Part shown: positions 1 through 12,700 of the stretch, in pieces
Layout: each line of letters begins with the position of its first letter
Numbering within the stretch: position 1 is the stretch's first letter
Assembly (NCBI RefSeq): GCF_001194135.2
Contig: NC_068998.1
Span: 15,613,393 to 15,677,392, forward strand
Length of the DNA stretch: 64,000 bases
Reading direction: 5' to 3'
DNA from: Octopus bimaculoides
Lineage: Eukaryota
Translations under genes and position numbers: made by a program
The notes under the pieces: generated by a model
Seen by the model: only the letters and a program-made list of their open reading frames with translations
Database searches by the model: none
What the model was told of the DNA's origin: nothing

Positions 1-300
1 TATTGACCCCTTTAATTCCCATTTTACTCAGATGGATCCTCTTAGCCATTTAATGTTTAAAAAATCCTATTATATTTTTATAATTAAATATTATTTGGAA
101 GTGTATAAAAAAATTTCCAAAAAAAATTTCCAAAATAATTTGTGTATCATAGAAATATAAGCAATTTATAGCACATAAATTTTAACACCAAAATCTTATA
201 TGAAACCCCAAGTGCCATATGGAACCTGGTTGAGAATCACTGATATAAATAATTGTCGACTGATTGATTGATTGATTGATTGGTTGATTTTTCTGTTTAC

Positions 301-648
301 CTTCAAAAAAGTTATGTCCATGATATTGAGGCTCATAAGACTTGTGTTGAGCTGCATATTCAGGCTGCTTCCATAATCTAAAATAGCCCCACTCACCATT
401 TAAAGAGAAATCTCCAAAGAATGAACCCTGTCGTGGAAAACTGGGATATTGCCGGAAAGATTTCTGATGTGCAACCATAGGAGAATAAGAGTTATTTCTG
501 CGACCATAATTCCACAAACCATTGTCATTCCAGCCATCATATTGGGGGTCTTGATTTCCATAGCCCAAATAATCTTCACCAACAGATAGCGTGTGTGAGA
601 TGAGTGTTATTGTAATAATTCCCAGAGTCCACATTATGTTAGAATTAT
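301..648 (-). CDS. Exon of an unrecognised, probably secreted Y/G/N/F/W-rich protein; gene continues off the left edge
   Basis: Acceptor ttttgttccag (AG at 650-649) and donor GAAG|gtaaac (300-295) bound a 348-nt open phase1-phase1 exon. ATG at 634 gives MWTLGIITITLISHTLS-VGEDYLGYGNQDPQYDGWNDNGLWNYGRR...HNFFEG, with a signal-peptide-like N-terminus. No family recognised. Confidence 0.55.
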
Positions 649-688
649 CTGGAACAAAAAGAACATATATATATATATATATATATAT

Positions 689-1456
689 AGCTAGTAATTA
701 TAGACCAATCATGTGCTTACCATTGGTGTGGAAGCTGTTAAGAGGAATGCTCTCAGAAAGTATTTATGAGCACTTTGACAGCCAGAATTTGCTGCCAGAA
801 GAACAAAAAGAATGTAGGAAGAAGGCACGATCTTTTATACAGAGACAAAGTAGTCCTAAAAGAAGTGAAATCTAGAATGAAAAATTTAGCAATAGCATGG
901 ATAGATTATGAGAAGGCCTATGACATAATTCTACACTCATGAATAAGTGGATGATTGAATATATTCAGTATTGCAGACAACATAAGAGAGTTAATTAGCT
1001 ATAGCCTGAGGAAATGGAAAGTAGATCTCTACTCAGGTGACACAAGTCATAAAAAAGAGACAGGTAATCAGCAGTGATTACACAGCCTGATTTAGTAGCA
1101 GTAGGCAAAAAGAAGAGAAAGTGCCAGGTAATTGACTTTACAGTCCCAAATGATGAAAAAGTTAATATGAAAGGTGTAGAGAAAATAACAAAGTACCAGG
1201 ACCGAGCCATTAAATTATAGAGGCTGTGGAAAGTGCGGGTAAAATGTATCCCTGTAATTATAAGTGCATTAGGAACTATTCCTAAACAAATGGATTGAGG
1301 AAACAGGCATAAAACCTAGTTTAGTGCAGCTCCAAAAAAACAGTATTATTAGGGACAGCTAGGATACTTGACATCTAAGGTTACTAGTTGTAACCCAATG
1401 GTAGGAATTTTTTCCCAACATTCTCATCTGTTGTGCAAATATGGAATAATAATAAT
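689..1456 (+). mobile_element. Decayed, internally deleted RLE-type non-LTR retrotransposon (R4/Dong-like)
   Basis: RT-region peptide NYRPIMCLPLVWKLL...LLPEEQK...NLAIAWIDYEKAYD, then the restriction-like endonuclease segment QPDLVAV..KRKCQVIDFTVPND..EKITKYQD..CIPVIISALGTIP..KTVLLGTARIL and a (TAA)n tail. Stops and frameshifts are present. Confidence 0.85.
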
Positions 1457-1785
1457 GACGACGATGATGACAGCGATGACAACAACAAGGCCAGCAATTT
1501 TAGTGGGAAGGGTTCCATTGGTTATATCAACCCAGTACTTGATTGGTACTTTATTTTATTGATCTTGAAAGGATAAAAACTAAGTCGACCTCCATCATTA
1601 TCATCATCACCTCTCTTACTGATATCCTTGTCATCTTCGGATATCATTGTTCTCATCATTGATATCATCTTACTGTTTCCATCATCATTTGATTGTATTA
1701 TTGTTATCACTACCATCAGCACTGTCATCATTTAACTGCCATTTTTGTCCAAAGTTGGATCTTGCAATATAATATCTTGTTCTAA

Positions 1786-1985
1786 GGTGGTGAGCTGGCA
1801 GAATTGTTAATATGCTTAGTGGCATTTCATTCATTTTCATGTACTGAGTTCAAATTCCACTGAGGTCGACTTTACCTTTCTTCTTTTGGGGGTTAATAAA
1901 ATAAGTACCAGCTGAACTCTGGAGTTGATGTAATCGACTTACCCACTTCCCTGAAATTGCTGGCCTTGTGCCAAAATTCAACATC
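1786..1985 (+). mobile_element. tRNA-derived SINE, family A (GGTGAGCTGGCAGAA...GGTCGACTTT...AATAAGTACCAG)
   Basis: A/B-box-like head; flanked by the direct repeat atcttgttcta. Related copies at about 6010-6180(-), 21280-21465(+), 22900-23070(+), 29950-30050(+), 45700-45830(-), 51350-51670(+), 58135-58350(+), 58370-58570(-), 58700-58867(-). Confidence 0.8.
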
Positions 1986-2814
1986 AGTATAGTATCTTGT
2001 TCTATCTATTTTCCAAATTTCTAGTAATATAACCTAAACTACTTCTTTACCATGTTTTTCATTTATATTAGTTAATAAAATTGTAAATTAATTAAAATGG
2101 TATCAAACTACCTTTATACTATATATAAAATTTAAGAACTAGAATCACAATGATTTATTTTCTAAATTCCATATAATTTCTTTAAAAAATCTTTGGAAAT
2201 ATAAAATAAAAATTTTAAAATACAAAACAAATGAGAAAATAGTCTCTTCAAGANNNNNNNNNNNNNNNNNNNNNNNNNNNNNNNNNNNNNNNNNNNNNNN
2301 NNNNNNNNNNNNNNNNNNNNNNNNNNNNNNNNNNNNNNNNNNNNNNNNNNNNNNNNNNNNNNNNNNNNNNNNNNNNNNNNNNNNNNNNNNNNNNNNNNNN
2401 NNNNNNNNNNNNNNNNNNNNNNNNNNNNNNNNNNNNNNNNNNNNNNNNNNNNNNNNNNNNNNNNNNNNNNNNNNNNNNNNNNNNNNNNNNNNNNNNNNTT
2501 TGGTAAATCTGCCTCAAGTGGTTTGCTAAAGATTTATTTATTTATTATGTTTACTTATTTATTTTTTATTTTATCTCTTTATTTTTAATTTAGCAAAAAA
2601 AAAAAAAAAAAGGCCAGAGTGCTTTTCTCTCCTTCTTTAAACAGTAGAAGTTAACTATGGAAGACAGACAAAATAATAATTTTAGCTTTCAAAGTATTTA
2701 ATGTGTGTGTGTGTGTGTGTGCATGCACGCATATGTGTATGTACTGGTGTTCTTCCTACCACTAGCCACTCAGTTGTGGGGTAGGAGCAGAATAAGTAAT
2801 TAGTCACACGAACC

Positions 2815-3490
2815 AATAGGCGCAGATGTGACAGTGTAGTAAGAAGCTTGCTTCCCAACCATATGGTTCCAGGTTCAGTCCCACTGTCGCACCTTAGGTA
2901 AGAGTCTTCTACTATAACCTTGGGCTGACAAAAGCCTTGTGAGTAGATTTGGTAAACAGAAACTGAAAGAAGCCCATTGTGTATGTAGATATTACCTGTG
3001 ATGTGATCAGCCTGGTGTGCTTTTGATTAGGTGTCAGATGTGGCACCCACCAAGAAGAAACCTTTGTCATGCTAAATTCATTGTGCAGAATATTCTCAAC
3101 TCAATTATGGGATATGCTAAGAAAATTGGTTATTTGATTTATAGTCAATCACCTAACATCCATCATCATGTGGTGAACATGGTCAATGTTTTCCTTGATG
3201 GTGACAGCTGCAGGGTGTCCAAACTTTGGGTCATATTCAAGGCTCTCCCTTTCCCTCCTAAATTCAGCTGTCCACTTTTAAAAGAATAGTTGAAATTAAT
3301 GTATGCAAGATTCCACAGCTCAAGCATCACTCTGTCATTGTCGGCCTACAAACTTTTCAGCCCACCCTTGTAAATACCAGGCTCAAAAAAATAAGCACTG
3401 GGGTTGACTTGTTCAACTAAAACCCCTCAAAGAGGTGCACCAGCATGGCCACAGTCCAATAACTGAAACGAGTAAGAAATAAAAGATAAA
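2815..3490 (+). mobile_element. tRNA-derived SINE, family B, split by a mariner fragment (head 2815-2985, tail 3375-3490)
   Basis: Head GTAGTAAGAAGCTTGCTTCCCAACC..GGTTCAGTCCCACTG and tail CCAGCATGGCCACAGTC..ACTGAAAC match the intact copy at 12230-12575. Confidence 0.7.
3035..3371 (-). mobile_element. Mariner transposase 5' fragment with TIR
   Basis: Minus strand begins TA|CAAGGGTGGGCTGAAAAGTT and encodes KKWTAEFRRERESLEYDPKFGHP...ENILHNEFSMTKVSSWWVPH (mariner WVPH motif), with stops. Confidence 0.8.
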
Positions 3491-6400
3491 TGACAAATAA
3501 ATTGTAGTGCTGAAATTCTAGTTTGTAGATAAGATTTCATTTTAAAATCCTTATAACTACAATTTCATATCAATAAAACTTATGCTGTTGATGCTCTAAG
3601 TAAAAGCCATAACATTACAACTTTCTATTTCTGTTTCCTAATCTCCAAAAAGCTATTCAAGCTTCTTGATATTTTTCATAAATAATTAAACTATACAGCC
3701 ATATCACAACTTAATAAATAAAATAAATAAGTTATACAAGAATACCTCATCTTACATCAGTAATTGATTCCAAAATATGTGACTTAACTCGAGAAATGAT
3801 GTAACATTAGAAATTCATTGAAATTTATTAAAAAAAGACTATTTTATTTAGAACAAGTAGAAAGATAAATTTTATTCAATGCATAGATACTGAACAGTAT
3901 AGATATAAAGAATAAAATCCTTTTTTCTTCCTAAAAGCAGAAAAATTTGTTGGCAGCCTGATTTTCCTCTTCCACATCAGTTTCCAGATTTTTTTTTAAT
4001 ATTATACGCCTTTAAATTTGTTTGCTGAGACTGATATAAAGTCAGATAAATCAACTGAAGTTGAGTTTTGTTTTCTCCTGGAAAAGACAATAGTTGAAAC
4101 GACATAATTCAAGGTATATTTGTATTTCACTTATTCATAATGCTCATAATGGTTATATTTATAAGTTTGTACCGAGGAAGTAGATAAAATCACCCGACTG
4201 AGCAAGTCAGTTGCAAATAACACCAACAAACCTGCATAAAGAATCTAAATTTGCTGGCTCTGGAACTGAAAAAAACAGATAAAAATAATTTTTTTCGGCA
4301 GCTATGATGAACCATAGATAAAAATTGTCAAACTGAAGCTTGATAATATTTCAAAAGTCTTCTTAGCTACATGTTTGCTCAATTAGATCAAGAAACCCAA
4401 GTGTCATTTCTACATTGACATTAGTAAGGAACCAGCTTGGAATAACTGGTCCTCTGTTGACAATGCTCTCAAGTATAAGTAGTTTCAAATACACCTTACA
4501 TGCTCAGATATGTTCAAGTGTGTACATAGTCAATATATCATGTGTTGAAGAAATGAAGTTAAGAGTTTATTTTTGTCGGGGAAAGCAAGAGAAGATGTTA
4601 ATTGTGTTTGTGTATTTTAGTTATTTTTTTTTGTTTAAATTATAAATACATGTCTGTTGCAGCTGGCTGAGATGATGATATGGTGCCATTATTTTCTAGC
4701 CAAATGGTGAACTGTCCTTATCCTGTGACCAGCACTGTGATCTTTTCATAGCAGAGATATTTTTTACTCTTAATAGTTGGGTATAGTTCTTTGGAAAGGA
4801 AACTTTAGAGAAGGTCGAATAATTGAGGTTAGTGGAATCAATTTGCAGATTGAAGACATAGAGCATGTTTACACACATCTGCTTATGTACAGAGACACCA
4901 ATATATACATACATAAAACACACAAATACGAATACACTGACCACAAGCTTATCAGTTCAAATCTTGTCATAACTGTCATTTATATTTTTGGTTTGCTTTG
5001 CTTAAATTCTTTCTAATTCCCTGTTATGGCACTGGATAATGGAAATTAATCCAGCAGAAAGAGAAAAGCCAAGCCTTATCATCATCATCATTGTTTTATT
5101 ATTCTTATCATTGTTGTTGTCATCATCATTGGTGTTGGCCTTGTCAGCATTTCGTCATCATCGTCATTGTTGTTGTCATCATTATCATTATCAGTTTCGT
5201 TGTTGTCATCATCACTGTAGTTATGATCATTGTCTATCTCTCACTCTTCATCATTGGCATTGACGCTGGTGTCAGCATTGTCATTGTTGTGGTCACTGTC
5301 ATCATCACTGCCACTGCCGCCACCACTGTCACTTTTACTGCCGTCACCATCAATGTTGTCTCCAGATTTACTCTGATTCAAAGGAGTAGCATCTATCAGG
5401 GTCCCAGCTGACAGATGCTACTATAGCACAGAAACTTCAAGAAACCCCCAGTGCAAACCCTGAGTACCTTGCGAAAGGAAAAGGCCAGGAGAGTCAGCCT
5501 TGGCCACAAATCAATGAGTGGAGTTTTTCAGGTGGTCTGGTGCCCTCTTTGATACTCTTCCAGCAACCCCAAGGCAGGTGGATCTCTCCAGCCTTGTAAG
5601 GTAATTCACCTAGGAGAAGGCCACCCAATGTGAAACCTACAGCTTGTTGGTAATTGAAGCTGTCTTAGCTCACTGAGCCACTGTAATTAGACCTCCAAGT
5701 CTAAAGAGTGGGATCAGATTGTGAAAACTGACTCACACTTTAAAACTACCATCCACAGGTAGGAAGAAATGCTTTGCAGCATCAACGGTCAGTTTCCATA
5801 GTGACTTGAGGGTATGCCTCTCTTCATCATGGTCTTTGTATACAAAGAAACTGTCACCATCATCACTTAGTTATATTAATCTTGAATTAATACAGTCTTG
5901 TATTAAAAACTTCATAGCAAAGACTAGCCTTCTTATTCAGAGACAGAAAATACTCCAGCTCCCAAAATTACTAATCATCTTCAAAGCTCAAGTGAGACTC
6001 ACAATGTAATATTGATTCCAAATTTTGGCACAAGGCCAGCTAGTTTGGGGGAGGGGTTAAGTTGATTACATCAACCCCAGTGCTCAACTGGCACTTATTT
6101 TAATGACCCCGAAAGGGATGAAAGACAAAATTGACCTCAGCAGAATTGGAACTTAGAACATAAAGATGGACTAAAGGGATAGTGCTGCTACTGCACATAT
6201 AGACATCTTTGACTACACACACACACACACAAAAAAAGCTCTACCAGGTGATTGGCTTGAAGTCACACACCAAAATCAAACTTGTAGACTTCAATATCTG
6301 ACCCACTAATGTACTGTTTCTACATTTTTTTTATTGCTTCGAGGATCAGAGTTCTCTACAGAAGCCTCTGATTAGGTGTGGCTGTTGGACACTGGCAATT

Positions 6401-6496
6401 TGGTATGGCTGACTGGATATTGAATCTGTCTTGACCACAGAAATGTTTAGCACTGGAGTCAAACAGTCACAAAAACCCATACAGAGATATGCACAT

Positions 6497-6501
<5 letters not shown>

Positions 6502-6568
<67 letters not shown>
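6502..6568. repeat. (GA)n microsatellite
   Basis: Direct reading; source of the spurious SL/RE ORFs. Confidence 0.95.
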
Positions 6569-6572
<4 letters not shown>

Positions 6573-9500
6573 TGTCACTCCTCTGGAAATTAACCTCTGC
6601 CTGTTTTTTTTTCAAGAGAAACATCAGCTATGTTGGTCACTCTGGTTTCTGAGAGTCTATAAAGGTCATGGTCACAACTCCTTCATCCTGAACCAAACCT
6701 TTAAAAGAAACAGTTCTTCTCTTGTACCAAGAACTGTTCTTGTATTAAATACACTCTAAATAACCTCTTTTGTAATAAATATACCTCTCTAGTGCTAAGT
6801 ATCTTTTGCACAACATACTCCTTTTGTACTAAATCCTGATGTGTGGTATTCAAAACAAACTTCATATCCAAATACAAAACTTTGCTCTTATCAATGTTGG
6901 TAACTTGAAATGCTATATTTTGATCACATTTACTGCTGATTCACATCCGTCCTCAACTTTTCATATGAACACATGAATAACTGCTTTATATTAATTTAAA
7001 CTACTGTTTTATATGGCACAAAAGTTGTTTATATTACTTTAAAGTGCTGTGTAATAGTCTTTCCTATCAATGTTTTTTTTTTACTGTATTTTGTAATTGT
7101 CATAACTTGGACTGAATAGGTCTCCACTACAAGTAGAAAGTATAAAATAAAGATCATCATTGTTGTTGTCACCATTGTTTTAATGTTCATTTTTACATGG
7201 CTTTCTATGGCTTGATACTTTTCCTGTCATGAAACTTCATTTGTTTCTGAGTAAGGTAATGTTTCCGCTTTTCATGAAAAATTGGAAATGAACGACACTG
7301 CTTGAATGATGGTGACATTCGCTTACAACTATCACATGATGTCAAAACAAGGACACACACACACACAAACACAGCATACAAAACAACCTTCTTTCAATTT
7401 CCATCTACCAAATTTACTCACAAGGCCTTAATTGACCCAAGGTTGTGGTAGAAGACACTTTGATGAAAGTGCCACACAGTGGGACTGAACCTGAAACCAT
7501 ATGTCTGGGAAGCAAACTTCTTAACCATGCAGCTATATATTATAACAGAGAATAGTAGTAGACACTTGCTGAAGGTGCCACACAGTGGGACTGAACCCAG
7601 AACCATGTTGGAAAACAAGCTTCTTACCACAGCCACACCTGCACCTATCACTTGTGTTTTTTTTTTTTTTAACTATTAGAAGTATCAAAGAGCTCAGTAT
7701 TTTTGATTTCAGAGGAATGGGTAACTGGAGTAATGGCATTGAGGTGTTTTCCAATAGTATTTGTAAAGCAAGTGAAACAGCAACAATAAGATGCTTTGAG
7801 TATATTTTGAGAAATAAACAGGTTCTTCTGTCAGGCTATAAAATATTTAATTAGAGAGCTTTTTGCATGTTTACACAAACTAATCAAACAAAATTCTTGT
7901 TTTATTGATGATGCACACAGAGAAATACCAATTGAATAGAATTCTTGTTTTATTGTCAGACAAACAGAAAAAAGTACAAAAAAAAAAAAAAGGAAAGAGA
8001 AATTGAAGAAACTTTTAAAGTTTCATCTTTATTAATGCATCCAATGTCTCTCAATATTACCAGATGAAAAATAGATACAGAAATGAGCCGCAACACAAAC
8101 TTAGAGAAAAAATATATATTTATTAACGGCAAGAGATTTTTAATGCCATGATGTGAAAAATGTCCATTTACAGATGACTTAAAGAAAGAGAATTGTATGT
8201 AAGTGTATGTGTGTTTAAGGTTCCTCTCACTCACCAAAAGTGGTGTCAAAATATAAACAGAAATGAAGGAGACAGTCCTTTATGTTAAATACAAACAACA
8301 AAGAACACACCTTGAATATCAATTCTCTAATTTAATGTAGATGGAAGATTTAACTTTGTTGCTAAATAATAAATTCATCAACTTATATGAAGTGCTGCTT
8401 GAGTTAATTTAGCTGGTTTAAAGCAAAATCTGCAAATCTTTATGGTTGAGTTACAAATCGGATCTGTAGGCATTGCATAAATCTTTATAGAGTTATATAG
8501 GAAAATGCTATCCATACACAGTACAGAATTAAAGCAGACTGATTCATCAAATATTCAAACTGCAGAAGACCTTAGATGATCACATATTCAGAAGATTTTG
8601 TTGGAAAATGTATTTGAAGCTACAAAGGATAATGTATACTACATTCATTAAGCAAAGTAAACTGAAGAATTTATCCAATTAACTAATTGCTCAATGAATT
8701 CAATGAAAGGAAAAAAAAAAAAAAAGAATGGTTTTCAAAACTAACTATTTGTATAGGTAATTACATTTCTTTAAAATGTTGATTTACCCTAACGAGTAAC
8801 ATCAACTTTTCACTAATGACCTCATTTGTTTAGTGAATATTTTAAGTTAAGGAGATCTTTTTCAATCTTGGAAAATTTCCTTGAAAATAACAAGATCTAA
8901 TCCCAAATCAGATCTGACTATGGTTGAATGGTTAAGATCTATTCGAGATCTTATGTCATTAATGCCTGTTTTGAGATGCAAATATTGAATATCTATTTTG
9001 ATATAATAATAAATACTACGCATTCCAAAACAGTCAAGTCTATAAAGAACGAAAAATATGAATAAAAACAATCTTACAAAATAATCCATATAATCAGATT
9101 TCTTTCATTTAAAGATAAACAGTGAGTGTAAAATAAATCATTATAGTTTATAACTGTAAACCAAAAATTAAGGGGTTACAATGACCATTTGCCAAATACT
9201 AGTTAACTTTTAAAATGGAAGTGACGTCTCAAAGTTTTAAATAGAGGTAAAAATCATTAAAATGAGAAATTTAAGACTTGGGGAAACAAATCTTTCAGAC
9301 ACATGCATGCCATTTCAGTTTACTTTGTTTATATAAGCTTAATTAAATCAAAGATGATTATTTAATTTATTTGAAGCATTAGAAACCCTAAAATAACACT
9401 GACATTGCTAATAGAAACTAATTCCTTCTTAGACTATAGTTCTATGAGGGCCTTGCTTTGCACCAAATCTAGTGAGAAAAGGAGGAAAAATAAAGTATGT

Positions 9501-9583
9501 TTTCAAAGTAATGGACGATATGTGTGACTTTAAACATAGTGTAGTAATGAAGACGTTCCTCCAATATTTAAGTCAGATTTTTA

Positions 9584-9723
9584 TCAACCATCTTGCTGTA
9601 TAAAAGGATTTGGAATAGCTTCCATTCCATCAGCTGGACAAATAGATACTACTGAGGTTCCTCGGCAAACTACTAAACCAAGCGTCCGAGTATCTTCAGT
9701 TAATTTGTATGGATCATCAGGGT
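9584..9723 (-). CDS. LSM7: LSM7 last exon
   Basis: Acceptor ttttttccag; DPDDPYKLTEDTRTLGLVVCRGTSVVSICPADGMEAIPNPFIQQDG followed by TGA. Confidence 0.97.
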
Positions 9724-12700
9724 CTGGAAAAAAGACAAAGAAATGAAAAAAATAAAGTAGGAATGGAAACCAAAAATGGAGATTTTTTTTGTCACTGGGA
9801 ATTAATGGAACAGAACAATGAAAAGAACAATGGCTAGGTTTCCACAACACAACACTGAATCTATAAATACTTCAAATGTATATCTACTTAAAGTCACCAC
9901 CACCACCGTCATTGCCATCATCATTTAACATTTACTTTTCCATGCCTGCATGGTTTGAATGGAATTTGTTCAGACAGATTTTTCTATAGCTGGATACCCT
10001 TCCTATTGTCAACCTTCATTTATTTCTAAACAAGGTAACATTTTTCTATGGCCAGACATGATTTTCACAGGAAACAAACACCACAACTTGTGTGACTGAT
10101 ACTCGTTTACAACCATCACATGACGTCAAGACAAGGGTACACACAATACCCACACATGTATATGACAGGCTTCTTTCAGTTTCCTTCTACTAAATCCACT
10201 CACAAGGGTTTGGTTGGCCTGGAGCTAAGACAGCTGCATTAGGTAGAGCATCCAACTGTAGAAATCATGTCATATGACAATTGGGGTCTGGACAGCTCCT
10301 AGCTCCATGTCAAACTGTCCAACCCATGCCAGCATGGAAAGAAGGTGATGATGATGACTTGCAAATTAGTTACAGTTCAGTTCAGTCTATTATCATTGAA
10401 GATTTGGGTATGAGGCATGCGTCTGCCAAGTTTGTGCCAAAACTGCTTTCAGCTGACCAAAAAGACATTCGGGTTTTAGTTGCACAAGATCCCTTCGAAT
10501 GACACAAGAAGGATGAAAACTCTTCGAAAACTTTGTGTAAGCCCCTGAGCAGGTATCGCCAAGCTTTTGGCAAAATTTGATGCAGATTCTCTTCTCAAGT
10601 TTCTGTCAAGGTCAATGCAATGATCCCACACTACACACATTCCTTCAAAGCACTGCTGTAAACAGTGGAAGTGAGCTAGAATGTTAAAACTTAGTGCAGA
10701 TACACAGCAGAATTCAAGGTCAATCCATGCCAAGCGGCATCACTCTGTGTGCTTTAGCTTCATGACTATGGAAACAGTCTGGATACTTGTCAATCAGACC
10801 ATGTATGTATATACTTGAGCTTCCACACAGTTTCTATCAATCAAATTCACTTGAAAAAATTGGTTGACCCAGAGCTATAGTAGAAGGCACTTTCCCAAGG
10901 TGCTGCCCAGTAGGACAATGCGAAAGCATGAGGTTGTAAAGCTAGTTTCTTAACCACAAAACCAAACACATTTGCATCAGTGCAAAAATAATTAAGAGCG
11001 CAATCTTTTATCAGATGTTAAAATAAGTCAGTTTTATGTAAAAACAAAAGTTTCATGAACAATAAAAAAAATGAAAAATAAAAACAACAAACAAGCTTAC
11101 CTCTAAGATATTCAATTGTCCCATCTAACACAAGATTCAGTAAAGGATCATGACCTTTAAGAATACCACTTACTGAAATAAATAAATAGAAATATTTATT
11201 AAAAGAAAAGTTTATAGAAAGTAATAGCTCAAGGACAAGAGATAATAGCTCCAAGGTGACCAAAGCCTTGTGAGAGAATGTAGTAGAGAACCCAGGTTTG
11301 AAATTTCCCCAAAAGACCTGATGAAGGCTGGAGGGTATATCAACCGAAACGTTGTGTTAACAAACAAGATGAGGGCAAATATCTGTCAAATGTAAATAAT
11401 GAAGAAAATGTTATAGTGATTAAATAAAAATAAGAATGAATGATTAATGTCAAGTTCAATAATAAGTTTATACATTAAAAACTACTTTTAATAATTCATA
11501 TAAAAATGGGGAACTTCAGTGAGGTGAGTTGAAAATGTTGGATTAGTAGCTAGGTTAGTGGTTCACAGCTTGTCACTAATAGCAAAGTGTGTCCACAAAC
11601 ATATCCATCTCTTTATAGTCCAGCCAGTTGTAAATACATGAGACAGTTTACTGATGAAAGCTGCAAGAACATCATAAAATAGGCATTGAATTTAAATATT
11701 TTCTCTTAGAAGTAAGTATTGTCAGGTTGATACACTACATGATGAGATCAATGGTCCACTAATCAGTCATCATCATTTAATGTCAGTTTTCTATGCTGGG
11801 TTGGATGGTTTGGCCAGAGATGGCAAGACCAGGGGCTGCACCATGCTCCATTGTTCAGGTATGATTTCTATGCCTGGATGCCCCTCCTAATGCCAACCGC
11901 TCCACAGAGTGTATTGGGTACTTTTTATGTGATACCAGTACCAGTGCTTTTAACATGGCAATAATTTGGCATCAGATTAATAACATGGTGTAAAAGAAAA
12001 CAGAACAATATTTAGTAAGAAATAAAACATTACCTTCTCTGCCGCCACTGAACTTTACGCGAATTCCTTTGTCTAAGTATTTAGACAAATCTAAGATAGT
12101 CTCCTTTCTTTTCCGTTCTTTGTTCTTGTCAGTAACAGACTGTTGGAATAGAATTGACAAACTGGTGAAATAAAAAGTTATCAAAGCCAGATATGTTAAG
12201 GATAAAAAAAAAAATTAAAAAAAAAAAAAGGCGTAGGAGTGGCTGTGTGGTAAGTAGCTTGCTTACCAACCACATGGTTTCGGGTTCAGTCCCACTGCGT
12301 GGCACCTTGGGCAAGTGTCTTCTACTATAGCCTTGGGCTGACCAAAGACTTGTGAGTGGATTTGGTAGATGGAAACTGAAAGAAGCCCGTCGTATGTATG
12401 TATATATATACATATATGTATATATATGTGTGTGTGTGTGTTTGTACCCCCAACATCGCTTGACAACTGATGCTGGTGTGTTTACGTCCCCGTAACTTAG
12501 CGGTTCGGCAAAAGAGACCGATAGAATAAGTACTAAGCTTACAAAAGAATAAGTCCTGGGGTCGATTTGCTCTGTTGCTTTTATTTAACTAGTCTCTCTT
12601 CCCTAAGAATATATTTCACTGGAATTTCATTTGCAACCAATTTTTTTATTTTTACATTTTGATCATTAACAATCATCAATTACTGAATTGCCCTTTAGTT

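Noticed and set aside
4170-4780. Possible upstream exons of the 301-648 gene (for example ttttcag-VPEPANLDSLC-gtttgt)
   Set aside because: Phases do not match the 648 acceptor, frames are short and unrecognisable, and such signals are common by chance in AT-rich DNA.
11722-11776. C/D-box snoRNA-like ATGATGA...CTGA on the LSM7 sense strand
   Set aside because: Only about 55 nt long with no terminal stem, and the apparent C box is the (GAT)n tail of a family-C repeat.
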